From positions 1 through 45,466 of the forward strand of contig DAGF01000095.1 of assembly GCA_002495645.1 (NCBI GenBank): 45,466 nucleotides of DNA, written 5' to 3'. The translations under genes were made by a program, and so were the position numbers. This document shows, piece after piece, positions 28,639-37,700 of the stretch (its first letter is position 1; each line of letters starts with the position of its first letter). The DNA comes from Euryarchaeota archaeon UBA549. GTDB taxonomy: Archaea; Thermoplasmatota; Poseidoniia; Poseidoniales; Poseidoniaceae. The notes beneath the pieces were generated by a model. It did no database searches and was not told the origin of the DNA. It worked only from the letters and a program-made list of their open reading frames with translations.

Positions 28639-29433
28639 TTAAGCCCCCTTCTGAGCGTCAGCTTGTGGGCGCAAGAGGGTGTTGGCTGTGTCCACCAAAT
28701 CATCGAGGTGGCGACACAGGAAGGATTGGACAAATTCGTTCGCAGGTTGCTGGTAGGCCTCAAGCGGTGGAGCGTGTTGTTGAAGCACGCCACGGTCAAG
28801 AATCGCTACGCGGTCAGCGAGGGTCATCGCTTCAATTTGGTCGTGCGTGACGTAGATGGTGGTGGTTCCCAGTTCATCGTGAAGACGACGTATCTCTTGC
28901 CGCATTTGGTGGCGAAGTTCAGCGTCCAAATTGGAGAGCGGTTCATCCATGAGCAGGACCTTTGGCCGTCGAATCAAAGCACGGCCGAGCGCAACACGTT
29001 GGCGCTGACCGCCGCTGAGTTCCTTCGGTTTCTTGTCCAGGTGCTCGTCGAGCTCGAGCATCATCGCCGCCTCCTTGACCCTAGAGGCCATTTCAGCATC
29101 AGAAAGCCGGTCTTTTCCTTTGACCATGCGAAGACCAAAGGTCAGGTTGTCCCGAACCGTCATGTGTGGATAGAGCGCGTAGGATTGGAACACCATGCCC
29201 AAACCTCTGGCGCCGGCTGGGAGATGATTGACGGTTACGTCATCGATGCTGATTTCACCTTCCGTGACCTCTTCCAGTCCCGCAAGCATACGCAGCGTGG
29301 TGGATTTTCCACAACCCGAAGGACCGAGCAGGACAAGGAATTCACCGTCATTGACCTCTAAATTCAAACCCTTGACAGCTTCAAATCCATCTTCATAGCG
29401 TTTTGATACGTTTCCAAATTTCACACTTACCAT
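28639..29433 (-). CDS. malK: Sugar ABC transporter ATPase, MalK/MsmX-like (264 aa)
   Basis: GPSGCGKST, MVFQSYALYPHMTV, LSGGQRQRVALGRA, LLMDEPLSNLD and YVTHDQ. True start is ATG 29433 behind SD GGGGTGA. Confidence 0.92.
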   Translation of the reverse strand: MVSVKFGNVSKRYEDGFEAVKGLNLEVNDGEFLVLLGPSGCGKSTTLRMLAGLEEVTEGEISIDDVTVNHLPAGARGLGMVFQSYALYPHMTVRDNLTFGLRMVKGKDRLSDAEMASRVKEAAMMLELDEHLDKKPKELSGGQRQRVALGRALIRRPKVLLMDEPLSNLDAELRHQMRQEIRRLHDELGTTTIYVTHDQIEAMTLADRVAILDRGVLQQHAPPLEAYQQPANEFVQSFLCRHLDDLVDTANTLLRPQADAQKGA

Positions 29434-29437
29434 GTTC

Positions 29438-30685
29438 TCACCCCTTGACGCCTCCAGCGGAAAGTCCCTCGATGAGGAACTTCTGGAAAAACAGGAACAG
29501 CAACGCGACGGGCAGACTGACCAGCAGGCTGGCAGCAGCAAAATCACCCCATGCCTGCCCGGTGCTGGAAATCATGGACGCAAGGCCCACGGGCAAGGTG
29601 TACATATCGTTGGACGTGTTAAACGTCAGCGCGAGGAGGAACTCGTTCCACGCCGCCAAGAAACTGAACAGCGCCGTCACGGCCACCGCAGGAAGAGAAA
29701 GCGGCAGGACGACCTTGGTGAAGACCTGAAATTGGGTGCAACCGTCGAGCAGGGCGGCTTCTTCCAACTCCCGAGGGACGGTGTCAAAGAATCCCTTGAG
29801 CATCCAAACACACAACGGAAGGGCTGTCACACAATAGGCCAAAATCAGACCAAGATGAGAATTTAGCAGGCCGAGCGTTTTCATGACGAGGAAGTACGGA
29901 ACGAGGATGATGATGCCAGGGAACATCTGAACCAGCAAGAAGACAAACATCGAGACGTCTCGTCCGGTGAACTTGTATCGACTGAAAGCGTACCCTGCGG
30001 GGATGGCGACGGCCAAACCCATCAGGGTCGTACCGACGCTGACGATGAGGGAGTTGCGCATCCACGTCCAGAAGGCTTCGCTTCCGAGCATGTTGGCGAA
30101 GTGTTCACCGGTATAAGGCCCACCAAGGGTACCGCCCAAAGCGTTGCCCGGCGAGAGCGCAATGTCAAGAATCCAAACAAGGGGCAACAAGGTCAGCACC
30201 ACGAAGTGCAAGAGAACAAGATGGGCACCGATGGAGCGGAGCCGGGGCTCGTAGCGTTGATTTCTCGCAAGCCCGTATTCAATGGCTTCAAGGGACATTC
30301 GTCGGGTGGACCACGCAGAAACGGGACGACTTGACACCCACATCAGGGTAAAGGCACCCGGTCCCACCAGCCAGCCTTGCATCCAAATGTCAAATCCAGT
30401 GGCTGGAGAGGACAACAAGCGTACGAGCCCGATGAGCAGCAGGCAACCTCCGAGCACCAGCGCTGAGTTTCGCCTTGAGGGGTTGGCTTCCTCGGGAAGC
30501 GTGTTGACCAAGACCCCGATGACCACGACGCCAAGGACACCCAACAGCGCATTGGATTGGGTGCCTCGCAAGAGGTCGACCGCCAAGAGGACGATGTTCA
30601 CCACGAAGCTCACCAACAGCCATCGCTGGAGGGTGCTGACCTCGACGGGCGTGTACCATTGGCGCACGGTGGACTCGGAGATCAT
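29438..30685 (-). CDS. malG: Maltodextrin ABC permease MalG with extra N-terminal membrane domain
   Basis: AGYAFSRYKF, QMFP, EAA loop LKGFFDTVPRELEEAALLDG and FLFFQKFLIEGLSAGGVKG. ATGA overlap with the upstream stop, SD GGAGG. Confidence 0.9.
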   Translation of the reverse strand: MISESTVRQWYTPVEVSTLQRWLLVSFVVNIVLLAVDLLRGTQSNALLGVLGVVVIGVLVNTLPEEANPSRRNSALVLGGCLLLIGLVRLLSSPATGFDIWMQGWLVGPGAFTLMWVSSRPVSAWSTRRMSLEAIEYGLARNQRYEPRLRSIGAHLVLLHFVVLTLLPLVWILDIALSPGNALGGTLGGPYTGEHFANMLGSEAFWTWMRNSLIVSVGTTLMGLAVAIPAGYAFSRYKFTGRDVSMFVFLLVQMFPGIIILVPYFLVMKTLGLLNSHLGLILAYCVTALPLCVWMLKGFFDTVPRELEEAALLDGCTQFQVFTKVVLPLSLPAVAVTALFSFLAAWNEFLLALTFNTSNDMYTLPVGLASMISSTGQAWGDFAAASLLVSLPVALLFLFFQKFLIEGLSAGGVKG

Positions 30686-33306
30686 GCAGCGGCCTCCGTT
30701 GCTTGTGTGCGTTTCATGTAGGTCCACGAAAAGGCGACCAGCATCATGAAGATGACCACAGACCACGCGGCAGCAACACCGTATGCGCCGTCCCTGAAGG
30801 CCACATCGTAAACGTAGGTGATGAGAATGTCCGTTTGTCCTGGCTCACCGAAATACAGGTCCGGACCGCCATCGGTGAGCAAGTAAATGACGTTGAACAT
30901 GTTGAATGTCCAGATGAAACCGAGCAAAGAAAGCGGCACGAGGGCGCTCTTCAAATTCGGGAGCGTTAGGTGTCTGAAGGTGTCCCAAGCACCCACGCCA
31001 TCGAGTTGAGCCGCCTCGTACATCTCTCGAGGAAGGGCCTGAAGGGCACCGCTCAAGGACATCATCATGAACGGCACACCGAGCCAGATGTTCACGAAAA
31101 TGACAACGATTTGGGCACCCGTTGGCTCGGCGAGGAAGTGAAGATCGGTCCCCAAGACGGCGTTGACCAAACCTTCGGGTTGGAACATGCCCTTCCAAAC
31201 GAGCACGGAAATGTAGGAGGGAATCGCCCACGGGAGAAGAAGAACCGTTCGATACGCCGTTTTTCCACGGATATTGGCGTACTGAAGAACCATCGCCAAA
31301 AACAGGCCCAAGCCAATGTGGGCTGCGACGTTCACCACCGTCCACACCAGCGTAAACAAGGTGACACGAAGGAAGCCCGAGGCCGTGAAGACCTCAATGA
31401 AATTCGCCAAGCCGATGAAGGCTTGGTCGCCAAGTCGGGTTGCATCAGCGTCGGTAAAGGCGAGCCAAATTCCGTACAACACCGGATAGAAGGTGAGGAT
31501 GGCGAGGGCAAACATCGCTGGTGCGATGTAGAAATGCGCTGACCTTCCGTGAAGACGACCGGCTCGCACATCCATTGCTCGGCCGTACCCCAGCAGCACA
31601 ACAAGCGAGAGGAAGATGGCACCCAACGCAAACAAGACCGGGGAGGTATCACCTGCACTTGGGAGTACATCGCCCACCGTTGTGCTCAAACTTGCCTCAA
31701 AGACCACGGACGAATCGCCTCGAACCACGACCTCGTGAAGGACATTTGGCAGCATGCCGGTGAGGTCGCATTCCACCAAGGCGGCACCCACTGGAATGAT
31801 GCGTTCGCCGTTTTGTTCAACCATCTCTTCGCCGTCTGCTGCACAGGATGAATAATGAGGCAAGGCTTCGCCTGAGAAGGTGGATTGTACCAAGCGACTG
31901 TGAAGTTCTCCGTCAACGAAAACAGTGTAAGTGGACGAACCGTCGGTGGTGAAGTTCACAGGCACGGTCCGATAACCACGGTTTTCTGGCGGTGCATCAG
32001 CGCGTTGCAACCCGTCAACGATGGAAATCAATTCCTCGTTTGCACCGGTCAACGCCTCTTGAGCCGTGGCCGTTTCGGTGTAGACTTGCTCAAAGGCGGT
32101 CACCAGAGGACCGTAGACCATCGCCATGGCCCGCGTGGTGGGTGCGGGTGTTCCTGCCTGAATTTGGTCCATGAAGCCGGAGAGGACCGGATCAGCGTTG
32201 ATGTCGGAATCATTGGTCAATGAAACGTGCGTGGGCAGGGTGTAGGTATCCAAAGCAAAGGATTTCTGCACATCCTCACTTGACAGGAAGAGGGCAAGGT
32301 CCACAGCGGCCATCTTGTGGGAACTCTGTTTGCTTACCGTCCAACCCTTGTAGGTCACCAAAGGCGCCACTCGCTCACCCGTTTCGGCGATGGTGGGCAA
32401 CATCGCTTGACCCACATCAAGGCGGCTCGCTTCGTAGGTGGCCCAATTCCATGGTCCGTCAACGATCATGGCGGCTTTTGAGCCGATAAACTGGTTTTTC
32501 ATGCCCTCCGTTTGGGTGCCGGTGGCAACGACACCGTGTTCGAGTTCCAAATCCAGCAGCCAGTCAAGGGCCTCGGCAGACCCTGAGGAATTCAACATCG
32601 GCTGTCCAGTTTGGTTGAACAGCGAACCGTTGTAGCCTGCTTGGAAACCAAACCACCAGTAAGCGGATTTCACCGGAAGAGCGAGCCCCTGCACGTCTTG
32701 GTAGGTCAGCGTTTGAGCCGCTTGTAGCAGGTCATGTTGTGTCCATGAAGCATCGGGGTAATCGACCCCTCTTGCATCGAAGAGGGCCTTGTTGTAGACC
32801 AAAGAGAGAGCATCTTGGCTCGCTGGAAGACCGTACAAGGCATCCCCGTACCTCATGGCATGAAGCGAGCGAGCATCGAATTCGGCACGCTCAACCGGGG
32901 TGAGATGAGGACGAAGGTCCTCTAAGAGCGGAAAACCGTCAACACGAACCTCCCCAATAGCGCCCAACTGGTCGCTGGATAAACGCATGAGGTCAGGTGC
33001 TTCACCGCCTTGTGCAGCGGTCATGAACAGGTTGTCTGCATCCCCGAAAGGAACGAGTGCCACATCAACGGTCACGTTTGGATGCAGTGACTCAAAGGCC
33101 CTGACCGACTGAAGAAAGACGTTCTCTTCCTTGCTTTCGGCAGCAAAGGTGTGCCAGACGGTCAAGGTGATGGCTTCGTCTTCACCACCAATCTCAGCCT
33201 GGCTGACATTGCTACCGCCCAGACAACCTGAGATGAGCAACGCACCCACCACAAGGAACGCCAAGCAAACCTGCTTGGCCCTTGGCTGGCGACCAATCAC
33301 GGCCAT
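30682..33306 (-). CDS. Fused maltodextrin-binding protein (MalE-like) / MalF-like permease
   Basis: Lipobox-like LLISGC; binding-protein motifs LTVWH, APDL, YGLP, LVYNK and AAMIVDGPW; then permease motifs LLLPWAIP, NIWLGVPFMM, EMYEAAQLDG and FNMFNVIYLLT, all in one ORF. Confidence 0.9.
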   Translation of the reverse strand: MAVIGRQPRAKQVCLAFLVVGALLISGCLGGSNVSQAEIGGEDEAITLTVWHTFAAESKEENVFLQSVRAFESLHPNVTVDVALVPFGDADNLFMTAAQGGEAPDLMRLSSDQLGAIGEVRVDGFPLLEDLRPHLTPVERAEFDARSLHAMRYGDALYGLPASQDALSLVYNKALFDARGVDYPDASWTQHDLLQAAQTLTYQDVQGLALPVKSAYWWFGFQAGYNGSLFNQTGQPMLNSSGSAEALDWLLDLELEHGVVATGTQTEGMKNQFIGSKAAMIVDGPWNWATYEASRLDVGQAMLPTIAETGERVAPLVTYKGWTVSKQSSHKMAAVDLALFLSSEDVQKSFALDTYTLPTHVSLTNDSDINADPVLSGFMDQIQAGTPAPTTRAMAMVYGPLVTAFEQVYTETATAQEALTGANEELISIVDGLQRADAPPENRGYRTVPVNFTTDGSSTYTVFVDGELHSRLVQSTFSGEALPHYSSCAADGEEMVEQNGERIIPVGAALVECDLTGMLPNVLHEVVVRGDSSVVFEASLSTTVGDVLPSAGDTSPVLFALGAIFLSLVVLLGYGRAMDVRAGRLHGRSAHFYIAPAMFALAILTFYPVLYGIWLAFTDADATRLGDQAFIGLANFIEVFTASGFLRVTLFTLVWTVVNVAAHIGLGLFLAMVLQYANIRGKTAYRTVLLLPWAIPSYISVLVWKGMFQPEGLVNAVLGTDLHFLAEPTGAQIVVIFVNIWLGVPFMMMSLSGALQALPREMYEAAQLDGVGAWDTFRHLTLPNLKSALVPLSLLGFIWTFNMFNVIYLLTDGGPDLYFGEPGQTDILITYVYDVAFRDGAYGVAAAWSVVIFMMLVAFSWTYMKRTQATEAAA

Positions 33307-33328
33307 GTTTGACCCAAAGGGATGGCTG

Positions 33329-33335
33329 AATTAAA
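33329..33335 (-). promoter_or_regulatory. TATA box of the putative malEF-malG-malK-amylase operon
   Basis: TTTAATT on the minus strand, 22 nt before ATG 33306, consistent with a leaderless transcript. Confidence 0.6.
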
Positions 33336-33361
33336 CCTCGTGCGAGCACCGGAAACGGTGT

Positions 33362-34036
33362 TCATTCGAATCCCATCAGCGGAAGGATGTCGCGGAGGTC
33401 CTTGTTGCGAACAATGGGCACGCCTGCTGAAGCAAAGGCCTCTTCCGAAGATGCGCGACTGGGGTTGAATCCGATGAAACGGCTCCCTTCAACCTGCATG
33501 GAGAGGTCCATTTCCGAATCCCCCACTGAAACGCAAGCTTCGGCGTCAAAACCGTTCATCTCAAGCAGGCGAGTGATGATTTCACCCTTACCGGTTGCAT
33601 GGAGTCGGCAAACGCCCTCATCGGTCAAGTAACCCTCGTCATCAAAGACAAACCCGTTGGCAATCCAGTCGTCGACATTGAGCATGCTTGCAATCGAACT
33701 GACAAAGAGGTCAACACCTGCGCTGACGATGGCGACAAAGACGCCTTCATCCTTCAGACGCTGGACCGTATCCCGTGCACCAGGCATCAACTTGACTCCT
33801 GCGTAGGACCGGAACAGCTCATCCTGGTGGATGGGGTCCTGGACCGCCTTCCACATTTGAATGTCCGAGCGCATGAACTCCACGTCGCTAATCTCGCCTC
33901 GGATAAACCGGTTCAAGTTCAGCGCATTGTCCGTTCCAAAGGCATCGTGCAGCGTTCTCCATGAACTGACAGCGTCCACGAGAACGCCATCGCAATCGAA
34001 CACAACCACATCTGGCCGTCCACGAGCGTCTTCCAT
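33362..34036 (-). CDS. HAD-superfamily phosphatase, subfamily IB (SerB/phosphoserine phosphatase-like)
   Basis: Motif I FDCDGVL, motif II IVSAG, motif III K (GKG) and motif IV VGDSEMD. Confidence 0.88.
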   Translation of the reverse strand: MEDARGRPDVVVFDCDGVLVDAVSSWRTLHDAFGTDNALNLNRFIRGEISDVEFMRSDIQMWKAVQDPIHQDELFRSYAGVKLMPGARDTVQRLKDEGVFVAIVSAGVDLFVSSIASMLNVDDWIANGFVFDDEGYLTDEGVCRLHATGKGEIITRLLEMNGFDAEACVSVGDSEMDLSMQVEGSRFIGFNPSRASSEEAFASAGVPIVRNKDLRDILPLMGFE

Positions 34037-34093
34037 GTGGATACCTGCACTACCTACCTTGAAAGGCTTCGCACATCACAACAAGCGCACCAA

Positions 34094-34147
34094 GGAGAGG
34101 AGGCCCAGAAGGGCCTCGCTCTCCGAGGCGTTCGTCCGTAGGACGAA
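34094..34147 (-). terminator. Two stem-loops downstream of the giant gene
   Basis: Written on the + strand: GGAGAGGAGGCCC-AGAA-GGGCCTCGCTCTCC (34094-34124, 13 bp with one bulge) and TTCGTCC-GTA-GGACGAA (34131-34147). Confidence 0.5.
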
Positions 34148-34173
34148 GTCGCTGATTTGACGTCAGTCAGGCC

Positions 34174-34740
34174 TCAAGCCTTCTTGTCGTAGCTCAGGTC
34201 ATCCCAAGTTCGGAGCAAAGCACCGTCTCCGTTGAGTGGAGCATAGCTCAGGGTGATCGTAGCGTCTTCAAGAGGCGTGCCATCAGGAGCGTGGGTGCGC
34301 ACAAAGATCGTATCTCCGGAGTTGAAGGTCGAAATCGACCGGGTCTCCGTTTCTGAGATTTGTTCCTTGGTCACCGAGTCCACGAAGGTCACGAAGGCGT
34401 CGCTGTTGGCGGGGTTGAACCCGTACACGCCGGCACTGTCAGCCAGGTTGACCGAGTAGGTGTTGAGCGCACCCGTTGCGTTGGTGTAGAACACCTTCAC
34501 TTCAACCGCTTGGGTTGCAAGCGGGGTTTGGGATTGCTCAACCGTAATGCGCCAGTGGCCTTGATCGGCATCGAAGCCATCAATGTCTTCAATGTCAAAG
34601 GTCACACGAGGCACACCCTTCACGTCGGTTTCAGCAAGACTGGAAGCCCACACGTAGATGACACCAGACAGAACCACGGTGATGGCGACCATCAGGATGG
34701 TAGCGATCACAGGGCTGACTGCAGCGTCGTCTTCAGCCAT
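34174..34740 (-). other. Embedded archaeal type IV prepilin module (class III signal-like region + H-domain + ~150 aa head)
   Basis: MAEDDAA/VSPVIATILMVAITVVLSGVIYVWASSLA matches the archaeal Pilin_N/DUF1628 consensus AVSPVIGVILMVAITVILAA. Confidence 0.88.
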
Positions 34741-37700
34741 CGTCTCCACTTCTTCTTCATCGTCAGCACGGCGGCTGGCGAAGGAGAGAGCACTGACGAA
34801 GAGACCCGTGAGGGCCACTGCGACGATGCTTGGGGCGAACGATGGAACAGCGCTAGCACCGATGGTCTCCACAACATCTGGCAGGAACTGGTCCGTGGCC
34901 AGGAAGCTGCTGGCTGGTTGGTTGGCGTGGTTACACACGTCAGCCGTAGCCAAGGAGGTCATGATGTTGTTACACCAGTTGCTGTCTTCGAGGAGCGGTC
35001 GGCGTTCCGAGGTCTTCGTGGCGTTCTTACCGTACTGACCAGGCTTGGACCATGGATCGTCGCTCTGCACGTTGTTGATGATGGCGTAGTGCGAACCGGG
35101 CTCATCAGCCTGGAAGCGGTCTGCAGCCGTCACACCCATGTCGCAACCGCCATCAGCTGGCATTCGCAGACAGGTTAGAACGTCCATCTCAACCCACACA
35201 TGGGTGGTGTCCTTGGTGATGTAAACATCCTCGGTGTACTTGACGCTTGCACCGTAGGCAGGCACCTCGTAGTAGCGAGTCAACTCAACATCATCGTGTC
35301 CATCCGTGTGGTAGGTGATGGCCAGCATGTGGTCGTATCGGTATGGGCCCTCATCGCCACCGCCGTTGACGGCGATGGTGACCGGGACGTAGGTACCGGT
35401 CATGACGTTGGTGACACCGTTGAAGCTGAAGCCAGCCTCGTCGTCGAAGAAGTAGTCTGGGACCTGCTCACGGACGTTCTCAACACGAACACCAATTTCC
35501 TTCGTAGCAACACCTTGCTGGTAGTCAGCGATGGGCATCACGCTTTGGTCGTAGTTTGGCACATATGTGTCGTACTCGCCCTGCGTGGTTGGAGCCGTTG
35601 GTGTGTCTCGGAGGACCAAGCGGATCTGACAGTATTCGGAACCGGACGGTCCAATCTGATGGATACCGTTGTTGTTCAGGTAGTCAATCTCCCAGTCGTT
35701 GGCGTTGGTGGTTGCGTCCTCGATGAGGTCGAACACGAGGTCATCACCGACGATGGTCGTGGTGAAGTAGTTCGTGTAGACACACTGGTCCGTGGATTCA
35801 ACCGTCCAAGTCAAGTCGTCCATCTCGTGGTCAACGTCAGCCTTGATGGCGGAGAGGTCGTAGGTCAGGTTCGCCACGTTCTCGTCATCTTCCATCAAGG
35901 AGATGGACCATGGTAGGGCGGGGATTGAACCGTTGTCAGCCACAATGACCGTGTCGGTCGAGCGGTTCCAGTCCTTGATGACTGGAGCATCGTTGACTGG
36001 AGCGACCGAGAAGACCACATCAAAGTCAACGGCGTTCTGGTTCTCAGCACCATCGTCAGCGAGTCCGAGCGTAATCGTACACTTGCCACCCAACTCGTTG
36101 TTGGTGTTTTCAGTGATGGCCAGTTCGTTGTTGACGATGTCAACGCTGAAGGCGGAACAGGCGTCCGAAGTACCGAGGTCAACAGCGCTGGCGGACCAGG
36201 TGTAGACTTGGCGGGTTGGGGCCTGCTCGTTGGCCATGTCTCGGATGTACGAGCGGGTAGCGTTCGACACATCGCCCAGGAACTTGGTGTGAGTACCGAA
36301 GCCTTCTGGGAGGATGTTGTAGTTGCCGTCGTCTTCGGAGAAGATTGGCATACAGTCAATGAGCACACGATCTTGGTTACAGATTTCCGGAGCGTCGTTG
36401 ATGTTGTTCACCGTGAAGGTGATGTTGTGCGAGTCGCTCAATCCGTTGCTGTCCGTGACCTCGAAGGAGAACACTTGCGTACCGAATTGGTCAGGTCTTG
36501 GCGTGAAGGTCACGTCCTGACCGTTGAGCACGGCGTCCATCATGTCGACGTTGTTGAAGGCCACTTGTGTGCCCTCGGCCATGGTCCAGGTCAAGGCGGA
36601 TTCTTCGTCTTGCACGTCGTCAGCCAAGTTGGTGAGGCTGAAGGTGAAAGCACCGGAGTCTTCGTCTCGGCTGAAGTCAACAAGACCGTCAGCGGTGTCG
36701 GTTCCTTCCGTGTCGATGACTGGACAGGCGCGCTTGATGTCAATCGTGCTCTGAACGTCGGTCGTGTCGCCGGTTCCTGCCACGTAGGAGTCGTCAAAGA
36801 CGACGTTGGTGGCCATGGAGATGTCCTCAACAACAGCCCAGTCGTAAGCACAGGTGGCAGGCGTCTTGATCATCAGGTCGTAGTTCTTCTGACCGGAGGC
36901 CGTCGTGCTGCCCTTGTAGGACTGGTAAACCAAGACCTCGGAGGTCAAGGTACCGTCAGCGAGGTCGCCGTGGGTCAACTCAACGGTCATGAACTTGGAA
37001 AGGTCCTGCAAGGTTGCGGCACTGTCCAAGGTCTGCGTTGGGTGAACGACGCTGATGTCGGCCGTGGTCTCGGCTTGAACGATAGCGACGATGTCAATCT
37101 CGTCTGGCATTCCGCCAATGCGGCTCCATGGGACACCGAACTCAGCAAGCGAGGTGGAGAAGTCCACATCGATGTTAGCCGTGCTCAAGGAGGATGGGCT
37201 CCAACCAAGGAAACCATAGCTGTACAGGTCGTACGAACCTGCGCTGTCAGCCCACAAAACGTAGTTGGCGCTGAATGGCAAGTCGTGTGCACCGCCGAGG
37301 CCGTTGTAGCCAACATCGGAACCACCGCTACCGGTGTTGAGGTAAATCAACACGTCCGAGGTGGACAAGTCGGTGTTGGTCATACCGAAGTAGATACCAT
37401 CGCCTTCAATGTAGGTCGTCAGGAAGTCGTCCGTGCCGTCGCCGCTCATGACACCAGGCATAGCATAGCCGGATGGGTTGAGGGCGTTGCCGCCGTTCCA
37501 ATCTTCATCCGAGCCGTCGACCGACATGGCTTCGGGCTGGAAGGAGGTGGAAACGTAGGATGCACGCTCGTCGTCGGTGGACATCAAGAGGAGACCAACT
37601 TCGCTGGATGGAGCAGCACCCAAGTGGGTGGACTCAATGCTCATGAGGTTGGCTTCGTCGATGACAGCGGAACTGTCAACAGCGATCTTGGTCGGGTCCA

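Noticed and set aside
28630-29361. 243-aa plus-strand ORF opposite malK
   Set aside because: Typical antisense ORF of conserved ABC ATPase genes, fully overlapping a confident CDS.
34174-34740. Calling the C-terminal module an archaellin of a motility operon
   Set aside because: The H-domain matches the VSPVI-type pilin consensus rather than the archaellin GIGTLIVFIAMVLVAAV pattern, and no arl genes are adjacent.
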